A DNA stretch of 64,000 nucleotides, from assembly GCA_964631685.1 (NCBI GenBank), contig CAZVZU010000003.1, positions 1-64,000 on the forward strand, in the 5' to 3' direction. This document shows positions 17,528-27,328 of the stretch, one piece after another. How positions within the stretch are numbered: the first letter of the stretch is position 1; every line of letters begins with the position of its first letter. A model generated the notes under the pieces. That model saw only the letters and a program-made list of their open reading frames with translations, was not told the origin of the DNA and ran no database searches. A program made the translations under genes and the position numbers. Origin of the DNA: an uncultured Actinomycetes bacterium (GTDB lineage Bacteria; SZUA-79; Acidulodesulfobacterales; Acidulodesulfobacteraceae).

Positions 17528-18928
17528 ATGGTAGGACTCAAGATGAAGGGTAACTTAAAAAATAAACATGGTTTTATTCCTCTTTTGATTTTGGTTACGG
17601 TGTTATGTTTGGCTTGTTTAATTAATTCTACAGATAATGCCAATGCTTTCAGCGTTGCGCCCGAAAGGACTCTAACCTTGAAACATGCTTACATATTGGC
17701 TGTCCATCGCAACGGTGATATAAAATATGCCAAAGAAAGTTACTATCGATCAACACTGTTAAAATGGTCGGCCATCACTATGTTACTGCCAGATATAAAC
17801 CTTGTGTATAAAGACCAGAGAATACATTTTAACCAGTCTGTATCGCAATCTAATTCTGGTGGAACGGGTAATATTTTTAGTTCGCAGTATCCAAATTATG
17901 AATATAGTTTTACATTGAATCAGCCTATACTGAATTTAGGCGCGCTTCCGGCATATGGAAGCGCCGGAGATATAATTGCCCAAGCAAAAATGAATCTTAA
18001 TAATGTTTCAGCAACAACCCTTTACGATGTTGCGCTGTCTTATTATACCGTATTAAATGGTATCAGCTCAATCAGGGTTGATGAGAAAACATATAATGAA
18101 TCAAGGTCTCACCTTAGACTTGCCGAGGCGAAGCTTACTGCCGGACTTGCTATAATTACCGATGTTCTTCAAGCAAAATCCCAGTTTTATGCTGCAAAAC
18201 AAGAGCTGATAAGCGCTAAAAATGCGCTTAAGTCGTCCAGAGTCAAGCTCGCATCTATTCTTGGAATCGGTAGTAATTTTAAAGTTGTCAAACCGGCTCG
18301 ACCCACGATTAAAGTAGTTTCATTGAAAACATATATTTTGCTGGCGTATAAAAACAATCCGGCCTTAAAGTCTTTGAAATACGCTAAAGATGCAGCAAAA
18401 AATGAGACTCGATATTATGAAACTCAATATATTCCGCGTATTAATCTTACAGCTTCTTATAATGCCTTATCAAATAACCATTTCATACCGGATGGTTCGA
18501 ATAGTTATTGGACGGTGGGTGCGGTTTTAACTATGCCGATATTACAAGGTGGCACAAGGATTATATCTATTGAAAAGGCGCGTTCGGTTGCCAACTCGGC
18601 GATGTATAAGATAATTCAGTCAAAAAGATATCTAAAAGCCCGGGTTGTTGCGGATTTTCATAATATACAAGACCTTAAGTATGAAATTGTGGCGCTTAAA
18701 CATGAGGAAGGATTTGCATTTAAGAACTATACGCTCGTGGAGGAAGAGTACAAGGCAGGGGTTGCTACAAGCGTTGATGTTGTGACGGCTTTAGCGCAGC
18801 TTACCGTTGCGCAGCATAATCTTTTGTCTGCCAAGCTTAATTACGATGAATCTGTTTTAGACCTCAAAAAGCTTATCGGTTCTTTTAAAAAGAAACTTAT
18901 TAGTTTAACAATAAAGAAACTTAATTAA
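17528..18928 (+). CDS. TolC-family outer membrane efflux protein
   Basis: signal peptide, LLP.I.L, QPI, two OEP repeats, Y.AG.AT..DV..A. Confidence 0.88.
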   Translation: MVGLKMKGNLKNKHGFIPLLILVTVLCLACLINSTDNANAFSVAPERTLTLKHAYILAVHRNGDIKYAKESYYRSTLLKWSAITMLLPDINLVYKDQRIHFNQSVSQSNSGGTGNIFSSQYPNYEYSFTLNQPILNLGALPAYGSAGDIIAQAKMNLNNVSATTLYDVALSYYTVLNGISSIRVDEKTYNESRSHLRLAEAKLTAGLAIITDVLQAKSQFYAAKQELISAKNALKSSRVKLASILGIGSNFKVVKPARPTIKVVSLKTYILLAYKNNPALKSLKYAKDAAKNETRYYETQYIPRINLTASYNALSNNHFIPDGSNSYWTVGAVLTMPILQGGTRIISIEKARSVANSAMYKIIQSKRYLKARVVADFHNIQDLKYEIVALKHEEGFAFKNYTLVEEEYKAGVATSVDVVTALAQLTVAQHNLLSAKLNYDESVLDLKKLIGSFKKKLISLTIKKLN

Positions 18929-18934
18929 ACTTTA

Positions 18935-20110
18935 GTGGAACTACAAGGTAACGGACAAAAAATGAATGACGATGCCGATAATACTGGTACTGGGACGAGC
19001 AAATTTACTAAAAAGAATATTATAGTTGCTTCTATCATACTTACATTGGCAGTAATCGGCGGTATTTTTGTTCTTCAATGGTATATCTTCGGACTTACCC
19101 ATGTTTATACTGAAGATGCAGAAATTGATGGGCACATCGTGTCGGTTAGCGCCCAAGTTCCCGGCAATATAATGTCGATATATGTCCATAAAAATGATCA
19201 CGTTAAGAAAGGTGAGATTGTTGCCCGTATCAACGATTCTACTTATTACCCATTAATGCTACAGGCAAAGGCAAATTACGGATTGGCAGAGGCCAAATTT
19301 TTTGGTGCGGGTGCCCGCATTGCCCGGTTTATTGGGACAAATTATAACTCTTTTTATCTATCTAAGCTTGCCTATAAGACGGCATTAGCCAATTTACGTA
19401 AGGCAAAGCTTGCTTATAGGTTGGAAAAAAGGGATTATTCAAGAAATCTAATACTATTTAAAAAGAAATTTATCACAAATAAGCAGTTTGATACCATGCA
19501 AACCGCTTATTTGGTCTCGAAACAGGCTTATATCGCGGCATTATCGTCGCTTGGGACGGCTAAGAGAAACTATTTTCAGTCTAGTTATATGAAAAGCAAT
19601 ATTGCTGCTAATAATATAACAATTTTAAGACCACTTAAGGCCGGTATTAAGATAGCAAAAGCAGCCTATGAGACCGCGCGCGCCAATTATTATAATACTT
19701 TTATCCATTCACCGATAAACGGGATAGTTACTGAAAAGATGTCTTATATAGGTGAATATATCAGGCCGGGAACCCCTATAATTATGGAAAATAATCCGAC
19801 AAAAGTTTGGGTTACGGCAAATATCAAGGAAACCGTCGTGGGTCGTATTAAAAAAGGCAATCCTGTTGCTATCACCGTAGATTCTTTCCCCGGAAGGGTT
19901 TTTAATGGAACGGTGGAGTTTATAGGTTCCGTGAGTACTTCAAAGTTTGCCTTGATCCCGACGAATAATCCATCCGGAACATTTACCAAGGTTACGCATA
20001 GGCTTCCGGTTAGGATTAGGATACTCAACGACGAAAAACATATCTTAAAGCCGGGAATGATGGTTGAGGTTACAATAAACACGGCCAAAACAGAACCGGA
20101 AATAAGATAA
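18935..20110 (+). CDS. HlyD/EmrA-family membrane fusion protein
   Basis: TEDA.IDG, V.A.V.G, I.SP..G.V, WV.ANIKET, FALIP..N.SG.FTKV..RLPVRI, L.PGM.V.V. Confidence 0.9.
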   Translation: MELQGNGQKMNDDADNTGTGTSKFTKKNIIVASIILTLAVIGGIFVLQWYIFGLTHVYTEDAEIDGHIVSVSAQVPGNIMSIYVHKNDHVKKGEIVARINDSTYYPLMLQAKANYGLAEAKFFGAGARIARFIGTNYNSFYLSKLAYKTALANLRKAKLAYRLEKRDYSRNLILFKKKFITNKQFDTMQTAYLVSKQAYIAALSSLGTAKRNYFQSSYMKSNIAANNITILRPLKAGIKIAKAAYETARANYYNTFIHSPINGIVTEKMSYIGEYIRPGTPIIMENNPTKVWVTANIKETVVGRIKKGNPVAITVDSFPGRVFNGTVEFIGSVSTSKFALIPTNNPSGTFTKVTHRLPVRIRILNDEKHILKPGMMVEVTINTAKTEPEIR

Positions 20111-20155
20111 AACGAGTACGTAATCTAAGTTCGTATAAATCTATGGAAATATAGA

Positions 20156-20551
20156 ATGAAAATAAAAAATATAGATGTACACATAATACTTCTTCTCGCA
20201 ATATGCATGTTATTGCTTATGCCGAGCCTCGTACGTGCAAAATCTGCCAACATACCGGCGACCAAGATTTCCGGTAAATATCTTTTCCGTTATTATAACT
20301 GCATAAACTGCCATGTGACGAACGGTATCGGGGGAACATTAGGCCCTTCACTTTCTGGCTATGGCAAATGGGGTAAGGATTACCGTTGGACGATAACCCA
20401 GATTAAGAATCCTCAATCACACTTTAAAATTGGTTCCGAGATTAAAATTAACGGCAAGATGTACTATGTTCTTATGCCGCCTTATAATTACATGCCGAAT
20501 AGGGATGTAAAAAGCTTAACATCTTACCTTGAATCGCTAAAGAAGCGGTAA
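20156..20551 (+). CDS. monoheme c-type cytochrome
   Basis: signal peptide, CINCH, GG..GP.L, MPPY distal Met. Confidence 0.88.
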   Translation: MKIKNIDVHIILLLAICMLLLMPSLVRAKSANIPATKISGKYLFRYYNCINCHVTNGIGGTLGPSLSGYGKWGKDYRWTITQIKNPQSHFKIGSEIKINGKMYYVLMPPYNYMPNRDVKSLTSYLESLKKR

Positions 20552-20670
20552 AGATTAGCGCAATATTAAGTCCGCTCCCTATTCTCCCTATTGTTTTATA
20601 ATTTAAAGTTGTATTATAATAGCTGTATCGTTGTGTAATATCATAAATCTAGCTAAGACATACAGGACAA

Positions 20671-21741
20671 ATGATAAAAAGAAGACCCACGCGAATTGTT
20701 AAAGTCGGCGATGTTTTGGTTGGTTCAAGCGTTCCCGTGAGTGTCCAGTCTATGACCAATACGGTTACCGAGGACTCATTGGCCACTATTAGCCAAGTAA
20801 AGAGGCTTGAAAGTTATAACTGCGAGATAGTCAGGGTAGCGGTAAACACGAACGAAGCAGCAAGATCGTTAAGAAACATAATAAAAAAGGTCAATGTTCC
20901 TATAATTGCGGATATACATTTTGACCACAGACTAGCACTAGCTGCGGTGGAGGCAGGGGTCGGTGCCTTGAGGATTAATCCCGGCAATATAGGGGATAAG
21001 AAAAAGGTAAAAGAGGTAGTATCGGCATGCAAAGACAAAGCCATATCCATAAGAATAGGAGTTAATTCCGGGTCATTGGAAAAAGGAATATTGGATAAGA
21101 ATAAGGGTGATTTTGCTGCGGCTATGGTAGAAAGCGCTCTTAAGCATATTAAATTACTTGAAGATGAGTCGTTCTACAATATTAAAATTTCCTTAAAATC
21201 AAGCGATGTCCTAGCAACTGTCCGCGGATACGAGCTTTTGGCCGAGCATGTTGATTATCCGTTCCATATCGGTATAACCGAGGCCGGGACGGTTTTTTCG
21301 GGGGCGATAAAATCAGGAATAGGGATTGGAATTTTATTATATAAGGGTCTGGGAGATACCATTAGGGTTTCTTTAAGTGATGACCCTGTCATGGAGGTGA
21401 TTGCAGGTCGTCATATTTTAAGGGATTTAGGCATAAGGAAAGAGGGAGTGCAAATAGTGTCCTGTCCGACCTGCGGAAGGGCGGAACTGGATATAGTTAA
21501 TATGGCAAAGGAGTTCGAGAGAATTTCATTTAAAATTAAGTCCAGCATAACAGTTGCGATAATGGGATGTGTTGTAAACGGCCCTGGAGAGTCGATGCAT
21601 GCAGACGTGGGTATCGCCGGTGGTAAGGGCATGTCTGTCCTATTTGCCAGGGGTAAAATAATCGGAAAATTTGATAATAAAGAAATACTTTCAGTTTTAA
21701 TCAAAAAAATTGAAAGTATTACCGGAGAAAAAATTTTATAA
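20671..21741 (+). CDS. ispG: HMBPP synthase IspG
   Basis: VQSMTNT, ADIHFD, RINPGNIG, RIGVNSGSL, SCPTCGR, MGCVVNGPGE. Confidence 0.97.
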   Translation: MIKRRPTRIVKVGDVLVGSSVPVSVQSMTNTVTEDSLATISQVKRLESYNCEIVRVAVNTNEAARSLRNIIKKVNVPIIADIHFDHRLALAAVEAGVGALRINPGNIGDKKKVKEVVSACKDKAISIRIGVNSGSLEKGILDKNKGDFAAAMVESALKHIKLLEDESFYNIKISLKSSDVLATVRGYELLAEHVDYPFHIGITEAGTVFSGAIKSGIGIGILLYKGLGDTIRVSLSDDPVMEVIAGRHILRDLGIRKEGVQIVSCPTCGRAELDIVNMAKEFERISFKIKSSITVAIMGCVVNGPGESMHADVGIAGGKGMSVLFARGKIIGKFDNKEILSVLIKKIESITGEKIL

Positions 21742-21808
21742 ACAAGAGCCGCAAGTAATCATCTTTTTAGCGGTCAATTGTATACAGAGAGCATTTTAAG
21801 GAGCGAAA

Positions 21809-23542
21809 ATGAGATATTCTAAATTTTTTATACCATCGTTAAAGGAAAATCCTAAGGAAGCCGTCCTTAAAAGCCATAAATTACTCTTGAGAGCCGGATA
21901 TGTCAGGCAGCTTTCCGGTGGCATTTACACATATCTTCCCCTTGGACTTAAAAGCCTGAAAAAATTGGAAGAGATAATAAGGTGTGAAATGAATGAGGTG
22001 GGAGCGGTTGAGTTATCTATGCCGTTTGTTCAGCCACTTGATATATGGAAAGAATCCGGCAGGGGCGAAGATTATGGGAAGGAATTATTGCGATTTCAGG
22101 ACAGACAGGATAGGGATTTTTGTCTTGCCCCCACATATGAAGAGGTCATAACGGATCTTGCTAAAAGAAATATAAAGTCTTATAAAGAACTACCATTGAT
22201 TTTATATCAAATACATCTTAAGTTCAGAGATGAAATGCGCCCGAGGTTCGGTCTCATGCGCGCAAAAGAATTTATAATGAAAGATGCTTATAGTTTTGAT
22301 GTAGATGATGCCGGTCTTGATAACAGCTACGAAGCCATGAGAAGCGCGTATGAGAAAATATTTAAAAGACTCGGTTTTGACTTTAAATTTATCAAGGCAG
22401 CAGCGGGTGAAATCGGCGGTTCTTACTCAGAAGAGCTGATGGTTTTTTCTGAATATGGCGAGGATAAAATAGTTACTTGCGATGGTTGCGGGTATATTTC
22501 TAAAATAGATGACGCAAAATCCGTCGGTGATTATCATGAACCTGCAGAATCCTGTAGGCAGCCAAAAATGACAAAGCTATTCACACCTGATAAAAAATCC
22601 GTTAAGGATGTAAGTGCCTATCTTAAGGTTGACAAAAAATGTTTTGCAAAAACTATCATCTACGAGACGGAAGTAGGATTTGTAGTCGGTATGATCAGAG
22701 GGGATAGGGATGTCAACGAACACAAATTGAAAAAAGTATCGGGCGTTAAGAATTTATTTCTTGCAAAAGAAGCAGATGTGGAGAGAATAACCGGTGCACC
22801 ATGTGGTTTTGCCGGCCCTTTCGGGCTTAAGGATATTCGCACAATAGTTATCGATGAAGAGATTAGCAATTCGGAATATTGGATTACGGGCGCAAACGAA
22901 AAAAATGCCCACATGGCAAATGTAAAACCTAATCGAGATTTTGTACCGGATGTCACGGCTAACATAAGGACGGTTCAAGTCGAGGATAAGTGCGCAGTAT
23001 GTTCCGGTAAACTTGATATTAAAAATGCGATAGAGCTGGGGCATATTTTTAAATTAGGTGATAAATATTCAAATGTTTTAAATGCAAAATTTCTGGATGA
23101 AAAAGGAGAGTTTAAGCCCTTTATCATGGGTTGTTATGGGATTGGGGTAGGGAGAACGCTTCAAACCCTTATAGAGATATTCTCCGATGAAGTCGGCATA
23201 AATCTTCCTGTTTCCGTTAGCCCGTTCACAGTTGCTGTTGTTTCTTTAAACACAGGCAATAAAGAGATAGTCGATCTTTCTGAAAGTATTTATAATAAAA
23301 TTAAGTCCTTAGGAGTAGATGTCCTTTATGACGACAGAAGATTGTCCGCTGGCGTCAAGCTGAAAGATGTAGATTTAATAGGAATACCTTTTAAAGTGAT
23401 TATAGGAAATAAAACTATTAAGGATAAAAAATATGAGCTTTCCATAAAAAAGGGAAATATAAAGGAGGTTTACGATAACTTGGAAAGACTTTATGACAGA
23501 GTTACGGAGTTGTCAAAAATAGAGACTTTTTATGGATCATAG
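21809..23542 (+). CDS. proS: prolyl-tRNA synthetase with editing (INS) domain
   Basis: SH.LLLRAGY, KFRDE.RPRFGLMR.KEF.MKDAYSF, ELGHIFKLG, MGCYGIG. Confidence 0.97.
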   Translation: MRYSKFFIPSLKENPKEAVLKSHKLLLRAGYVRQLSGGIYTYLPLGLKSLKKLEEIIRCEMNEVGAVELSMPFVQPLDIWKESGRGEDYGKELLRFQDRQDRDFCLAPTYEEVITDLAKRNIKSYKELPLILYQIHLKFRDEMRPRFGLMRAKEFIMKDAYSFDVDDAGLDNSYEAMRSAYEKIFKRLGFDFKFIKAAAGEIGGSYSEELMVFSEYGEDKIVTCDGCGYISKIDDAKSVGDYHEPAESCRQPKMTKLFTPDKKSVKDVSAYLKVDKKCFAKTIIYETEVGFVVGMIRGDRDVNEHKLKKVSGVKNLFLAKEADVERITGAPCGFAGPFGLKDIRTIVIDEEISNSEYWITGANEKNAHMANVKPNRDFVPDVTANIRTVQVEDKCAVCSGKLDIKNAIELGHIFKLGDKYSNVLNAKFLDEKGEFKPFIMGCYGIGVGRTLQTLIEIFSDEVGINLPVSVSPFTVAVVSLNTGNKEIVDLSESIYNKIKSLGVDVLYDDRRLSAGVKLKDVDLIGIPFKVIIGNKTIKDKKYELSIKKGNIKEVYDNLERLYDRVTELSKIETFYGS

Positions 23543-23573
23543 GTAAATTTGGACTCAAAAACTTTATAGAAAT

Positions 23574-24062
23574 ATGGAGGTGAGAGACATTATGATAGAG
23601 CTAAATATACCGGGTATCACAAACTTAATAATAGAACATGCGATATTCGATATGAACGGTACACTTTCAGAAAATGGACTTATAACAGGGCAGGTAAAAG
23701 AGCTTTTAAATGAGCTCTCTAACCTTGTAACCATACAAATAATTACATCCGATACCTTCGGTAATGCCCATGAATCTGTTAAAGGTATAAATGCGGAACT
23801 CAAAATAATTAGTGGGAACAATTCGGCCCAAAAGAAAAAGGAACTGGTTTATAAATTAGGATACTCGGGGACAGTGGTTATAGGCAACGGCTATAATGAC
23901 CATGCAATGTTTAAACAGGGCGTTATAGGCATAGGGATAATTGGCAATGAAGGGCTTGCCGTTAAAGCCGCCCTTCATTGCGATATAATCGTTAATTCGA
24001 TAGAAAATGCGATAGGACTTCTACTGAATCCAAAAAAATTAATTGCTACACTACGTAATTAA
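23574..24062 (+). CDS. HAD-superfamily soluble P-type-ATPase-like phosphatase
   Basis: FDMNGTL, TSDTFG, IGNGYND, EG motif. Confidence 0.8.
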   Translation: MEVRDIMIELNIPGITNLIIEHAIFDMNGTLSENGLITGQVKELLNELSNLVTIQIITSDTFGNAHESVKGINAELKIISGNNSAQKKKELVYKLGYSGTVVIGNGYNDHAMFKQGVIGIGIIGNEGLAVKAALHCDIIVNSIENAIGLLLNPKKLIATLRN

Positions 24063-24089
24063 GCTGGCAGACCGCCCGCTTAATTACGC

Positions 24090-24296
24090 TCAGCCAAAGC
24101 CACTACGCCCGCTCCCGCATGAACCGTGATCGGTGGAAGTATTGGAGTCTCCGTAGCTACTGAAAGCGCTAACCCTTTTAACAGGTTTTTCCGCTCCGCA
24201 GGCAGGGCACTTAATATCTTCATCCCTCTCGCTGAGTCTCTGATAAATCTCAAATATCTTTCCGCATTCTTTGCACTTATATTCATATATCGGCAT
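24090..24296 (-). CDS. FmdB-family zinc ribbon protein
   Basis: MPIYEYKCKECG..FE...CPACG. Confidence 0.9.
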   Translation of the reverse strand: MPIYEYKCKECGKIFEIYQRLSERDEDIKCPACGAEKPVKRVSAFSSYGDSNTSTDHGSCGSGRSGFG

Positions 24297-24301
24297 ACTT
24301 T

Positions 24302-25756
24302 TTACATACCTCCTGTATATTTTGTAGTTAATGTTCCTGTAACAAGTTTTATGTAGTAGTTATTTAAATCGAACTTATACACTGTGTCTAGATAGTGTAT
24401 GTTTGCTTCTCTATATTGATCAAGCGTTGCATCTAAATTTATTAGCGTAGTCATGCCCGCCTCATATCTGTTGGTTGTAATTCTTAGTGTTTGTTTGGCA
24501 TTTTTAACGGCAAGCTTTGCGACGCGCGTGTTTATAAGATATGTTTTGTACTGTAAATAAGCTTTTCGAACCTGCATTTCTATTTTATTTCTCAATAGGC
24601 CCTGATATTCAATCATTGTATTGTAACGGCTTTCAGATCTCTGTAAATTATCATACTTGTATAATCCTGAAAATATATTAAAATGAAGCATTATTGTGAA
24701 GGCGTAACTATAGGAATTTCCGGGATGCATGGTTGGTCCATTAATAAAATAGTCATATCCCGCAACAACCTTGGGTAAAAATTTTCCATATGCTTCCTCA
24801 ACTCCAATGCCCATATTCTTTTTGTTAAGAAGAAATGCTTTGTAATCCGGCCTACGGGCAAATGCTGTTTTTTGCAAAGTGTTTATTGTTGGCATCATGT
24901 TATCGGGATTAGATGGTAATAATAGGTCAGATGTCAATTTGTATGCAGAGTTAATAGGAAGACCTATGGTGATATTTAAAAAATATTTAGCAAGCCGGTA
25001 ATTCTTCTTTGCAGTGGCAAGTTTTTCTTCCATCTTTGCCAACTCAACTTTCGCCCGTAAAACATCCGAAGAAACGACTTGCCCCGCCTTGTATAAATTT
25101 TTAGCAAGTTTTTCCTGTGCTGTGGCGGTTTTTACCATATTTTTAAATAAACTGACATAGTCATGAGACAGAATTGTGGAATAATAGGCTTTTGCGACAT
25201 TATAAAGTGTTCTTTGTTTTGCCTCGTTTAGACTTTTTCTTAAAGACAATTTGTGAAGCTTAGCCCTTTGATAACCTAAATAAATCTTTCCGCCCACAAA
25301 TAAAGGCTGTTCTACCTGAAACATGGACTGATAATTTTGAATCATGCCCGGATTATTCAAAAAATTTGGACTAAAATAATGATTAACATTTTGATTTGTT
25401 AATATTTTTTGGTTTATAACGCTTCCAAATGCATATAATGGGTTGTTTGTGTTCAAATATTTTTCGTTAAAATCTATCTTCGGGAAAAAACCGCTTAGGG
25501 CTTCATTTTCTTCATAACCGGCTATATCAAGCTTCATCTTTTCCAATTTAATAATTTTGTTGTACTGCAAAGAGTATAGAAAGGCTTTATTTATGGACAT
25601 GTTGCCGGTTTCATATGCATAAACTTTTTCTGAAAGAGATGCTGCGATCACGAAAACTGCTATTGCAATTAAATAAAATAATACAATATTCTTTATAAAA
25701 TCAACAGATTGCCCAGTATTTTTATTCATAATTGTTTTTGTTTTGTTATTATTCAT
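24302..25756 (-). CDS. TolC-family outer membrane efflux protein
   Basis: signal peptide, FFPKI.F, QPLF.GG, RPD, RYEAG.TT; start could be the second Met at 25729. Confidence 0.85.
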   Translation of the reverse strand: MNNNKTKTIMNKNTGQSVDFIKNIVLFYLIAIAVFVIAASLSEKVYAYETGNMSINKAFLYSLQYNKIIKLEKMKLDIAGYEENEALSGFFPKIDFNEKYLNTNNPLYAFGSVINQKILTNQNVNHYFSPNFLNNPGMIQNYQSMFQVEQPLFVGGKIYLGYQRAKLHKLSLRKSLNEAKQRTLYNVAKAYYSTILSHDYVSLFKNMVKTATAQEKLAKNLYKAGQVVSSDVLRAKVELAKMEEKLATAKKNYRLAKYFLNITIGLPINSAYKLTSDLLLPSNPDNMMPTINTLQKTAFARRPDYKAFLLNKKNMGIGVEEAYGKFLPKVVAGYDYFINGPTMHPGNSYSYAFTIMLHFNIFSGLYKYDNLQRSESRYNTMIEYQGLLRNKIEMQVRKAYLQYKTYLINTRVAKLAVKNAKQTLRITTNRYEAGMTTLINLDATLDQYREANIHYLDTVYKFDLNNYYIKLVTGTLTTKYTGGM

Positions 25757-25849
25757 ATATGTTAATAATTATATATTTAAATTTAAAACATTGCAATCAA
25801 AATAAATTTGGATAAGGGTTTTAAAACAAAATATAACGACAGGTGTTAA

Positions 25850-26200
25850 TTATTTGGATATATTCCTTAGAATAGAACTACTGATTTTTGGACTGTGATC
25901 GTTTTGAGAAGAATTATCGTCGCAATATTTTAAATCGTTAAATATCTTTGCAATCCTTTTATCACTAAGCTCATAACACATCATAACGCCGTCGCGTTTG
26001 CAACTGACTATGCCCTTGCTCTTAAGAGAAACTAGGTGTTGAGATATAGTTGCTTGAGGAAGTCCGAGAGCCTCCCATATATTTTTTACGCAGGACTTAT
26101 TGCTGAGCAGAACCTTTATTATTTTAAGCCTGATGGGGTGACCCAGCGTTTTAAGAAGCTCGGCCTCAACAACAAACTCATCATTATTTTTTATACCCAT
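25850..26200 (-). CDS. ArsR/SmtB-family transcriptional regulator
   Basis: LK.LGHPIRL.I, SCV, Q.TISQHL..LK..GIV; four Cys. Confidence 0.9.
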   Translation of the reverse strand: MGIKNNDEFVVEAELLKTLGHPIRLKIIKVLLSNKSCVKNIWEALGLPQATISQHLVSLKSKGIVSCKRDGVMMCYELSDKRIAKIFNDLKYCDDNSSQNDHSPKISSSILRNISK

Positions 26201-26274
26201 AGTAGTTCACCCGCCATTTTCTTTGAATGTTTTTAAAATCTGCACATAAATAGCATAACCTATCTATTTCTGTG

Positions 26275-26303
26275 ATTATAGTTTATTCTCAAAATTATGT
26301 CAA
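26275..26303 (-). promoter_or_regulatory. consensus sigma70 promoter of the ArsR-family gene
   Basis: minus strand TTGACA(26303-26298)-17 nt-TATAAT(26280-26275). Confidence 0.8.
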
Positions 26304-26350
26304 TACAAATTAAGAGTTTCGTTTTTAACGAAACTCTTAATTTGTATTGA
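26300..26350. repeat. perfect 24-bp inverted repeat with 3-nt loop (likely terminator-like hairpin)
   Basis: TCAATACAAATTAAGAGTTTCGTT-TTT-AACGAAACTCTTAATTTGTATTGA. Confidence 0.9.
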
Positions 26351-26405
26351 GGGTAAACCCCACCCGCATCTTTTTTAATCTTATCTGTTCAGCTTTTACT
26401 TGAAT

Positions 26406-26876
26406 TCAAAATGACAAGTGTATGTCAGCGCTGGCAGCATAATCTAGAAATGATGCCGCTCCGGCATATTCGACTCCGTCTATCATATCTTCTCTCTTGA
26501 AACCGAATAAATCCATAGTCATTTGGCAAGCTATCATTTTAACCCCTGTTTCTTGGCACAAAGAGATAAGCTCGGGAATTGTTGCAACCCCATGTTTCTT
26601 AATCATAGATTTCATCATGGAAGTTGCCATAGATGTCATGCCTGGTATAGCTCCAATGATATTAGGAACAGGCATTGGCATTGCCGGATTACCGAGTGGA
26701 GCAACCTTTAAACTATCCCCTGCATCTTTCTTGAGAATCTGTAAACCGTAAAATGTAAAAAATACTGCACTCTCAATATCAAGCGTTGCGGCGGTTGACG
26801 CAAGAATAAGCGGTGGATATGCCATGTCGAGTGTACCGTGAATGGAAATTATTGCCATTTTTTTCTGATCAGCCAT
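26406..26876 (-). CDS. DsrE2-like (DsrE/DsrF/DrsH family) sulfur-carrier protein
   Basis: GTLDMAYPPLILA, FFTFYGL, IACQMTMD.FG, GAASFL; AAGGAGGAG SD. Confidence 0.88.
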   Translation of the reverse strand: MADQKKMAIISIHGTLDMAYPPLILASTAATLDIESAVFFTFYGLQILKKDAGDSLKVAPLGNPAMPMPVPNIIGAIPGMTSMATSMMKSMIKKHGVATIPELISLCQETGVKMIACQMTMDLFGFKREDMIDGVEYAGAASFLDYAASADIHLSF

Positions 26877-27226
26877 TTTAATTCTCCTCCTTAACTTTAA
26901 GGTTTAATTTTAGATTTCAACACAATAAAAACATAAAATAAAAAAACAAGAACATGTAAAACAGCCGAATTTATACGAATCAAGCTGACATTTTAAATCT
27001 ATCTATAATTTACTAAAAAACAACATATTAATCCATATTTAAGTTAATACAATTTAATACAATAAACCCAACATTGTCAATAGTTAAATATGGTATTAAG
27101 ATAATATAAGATTTAATATGTATACATTGTAAATTAATGTTTTACTAAAAAATAGCACAAAAATAGAATTTATGACCTATTTCTTGGCCTTAAAAGCCTT
27201 ATTTTAGCCAAAACAAGGTCATAAAT

Positions 27227-27255
27227 TTGACAAATTATTTAAAGTATGGTAAATT
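27227..27255 (+). promoter_or_regulatory. putative sigma70 promoter of the lytic transglycosylase
   Basis: TTGACA(27227-27232)-17 nt-TAAATT(27250-27255) with TG extension. Confidence 0.55.
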
Positions 27256-27328
27256 CTATACAAAATGTAGGTGGAGTTTATTTATTTTATGGAGAAAAGA
27301 TATTAAATCGGTTAATTTTTGAGGAAAA

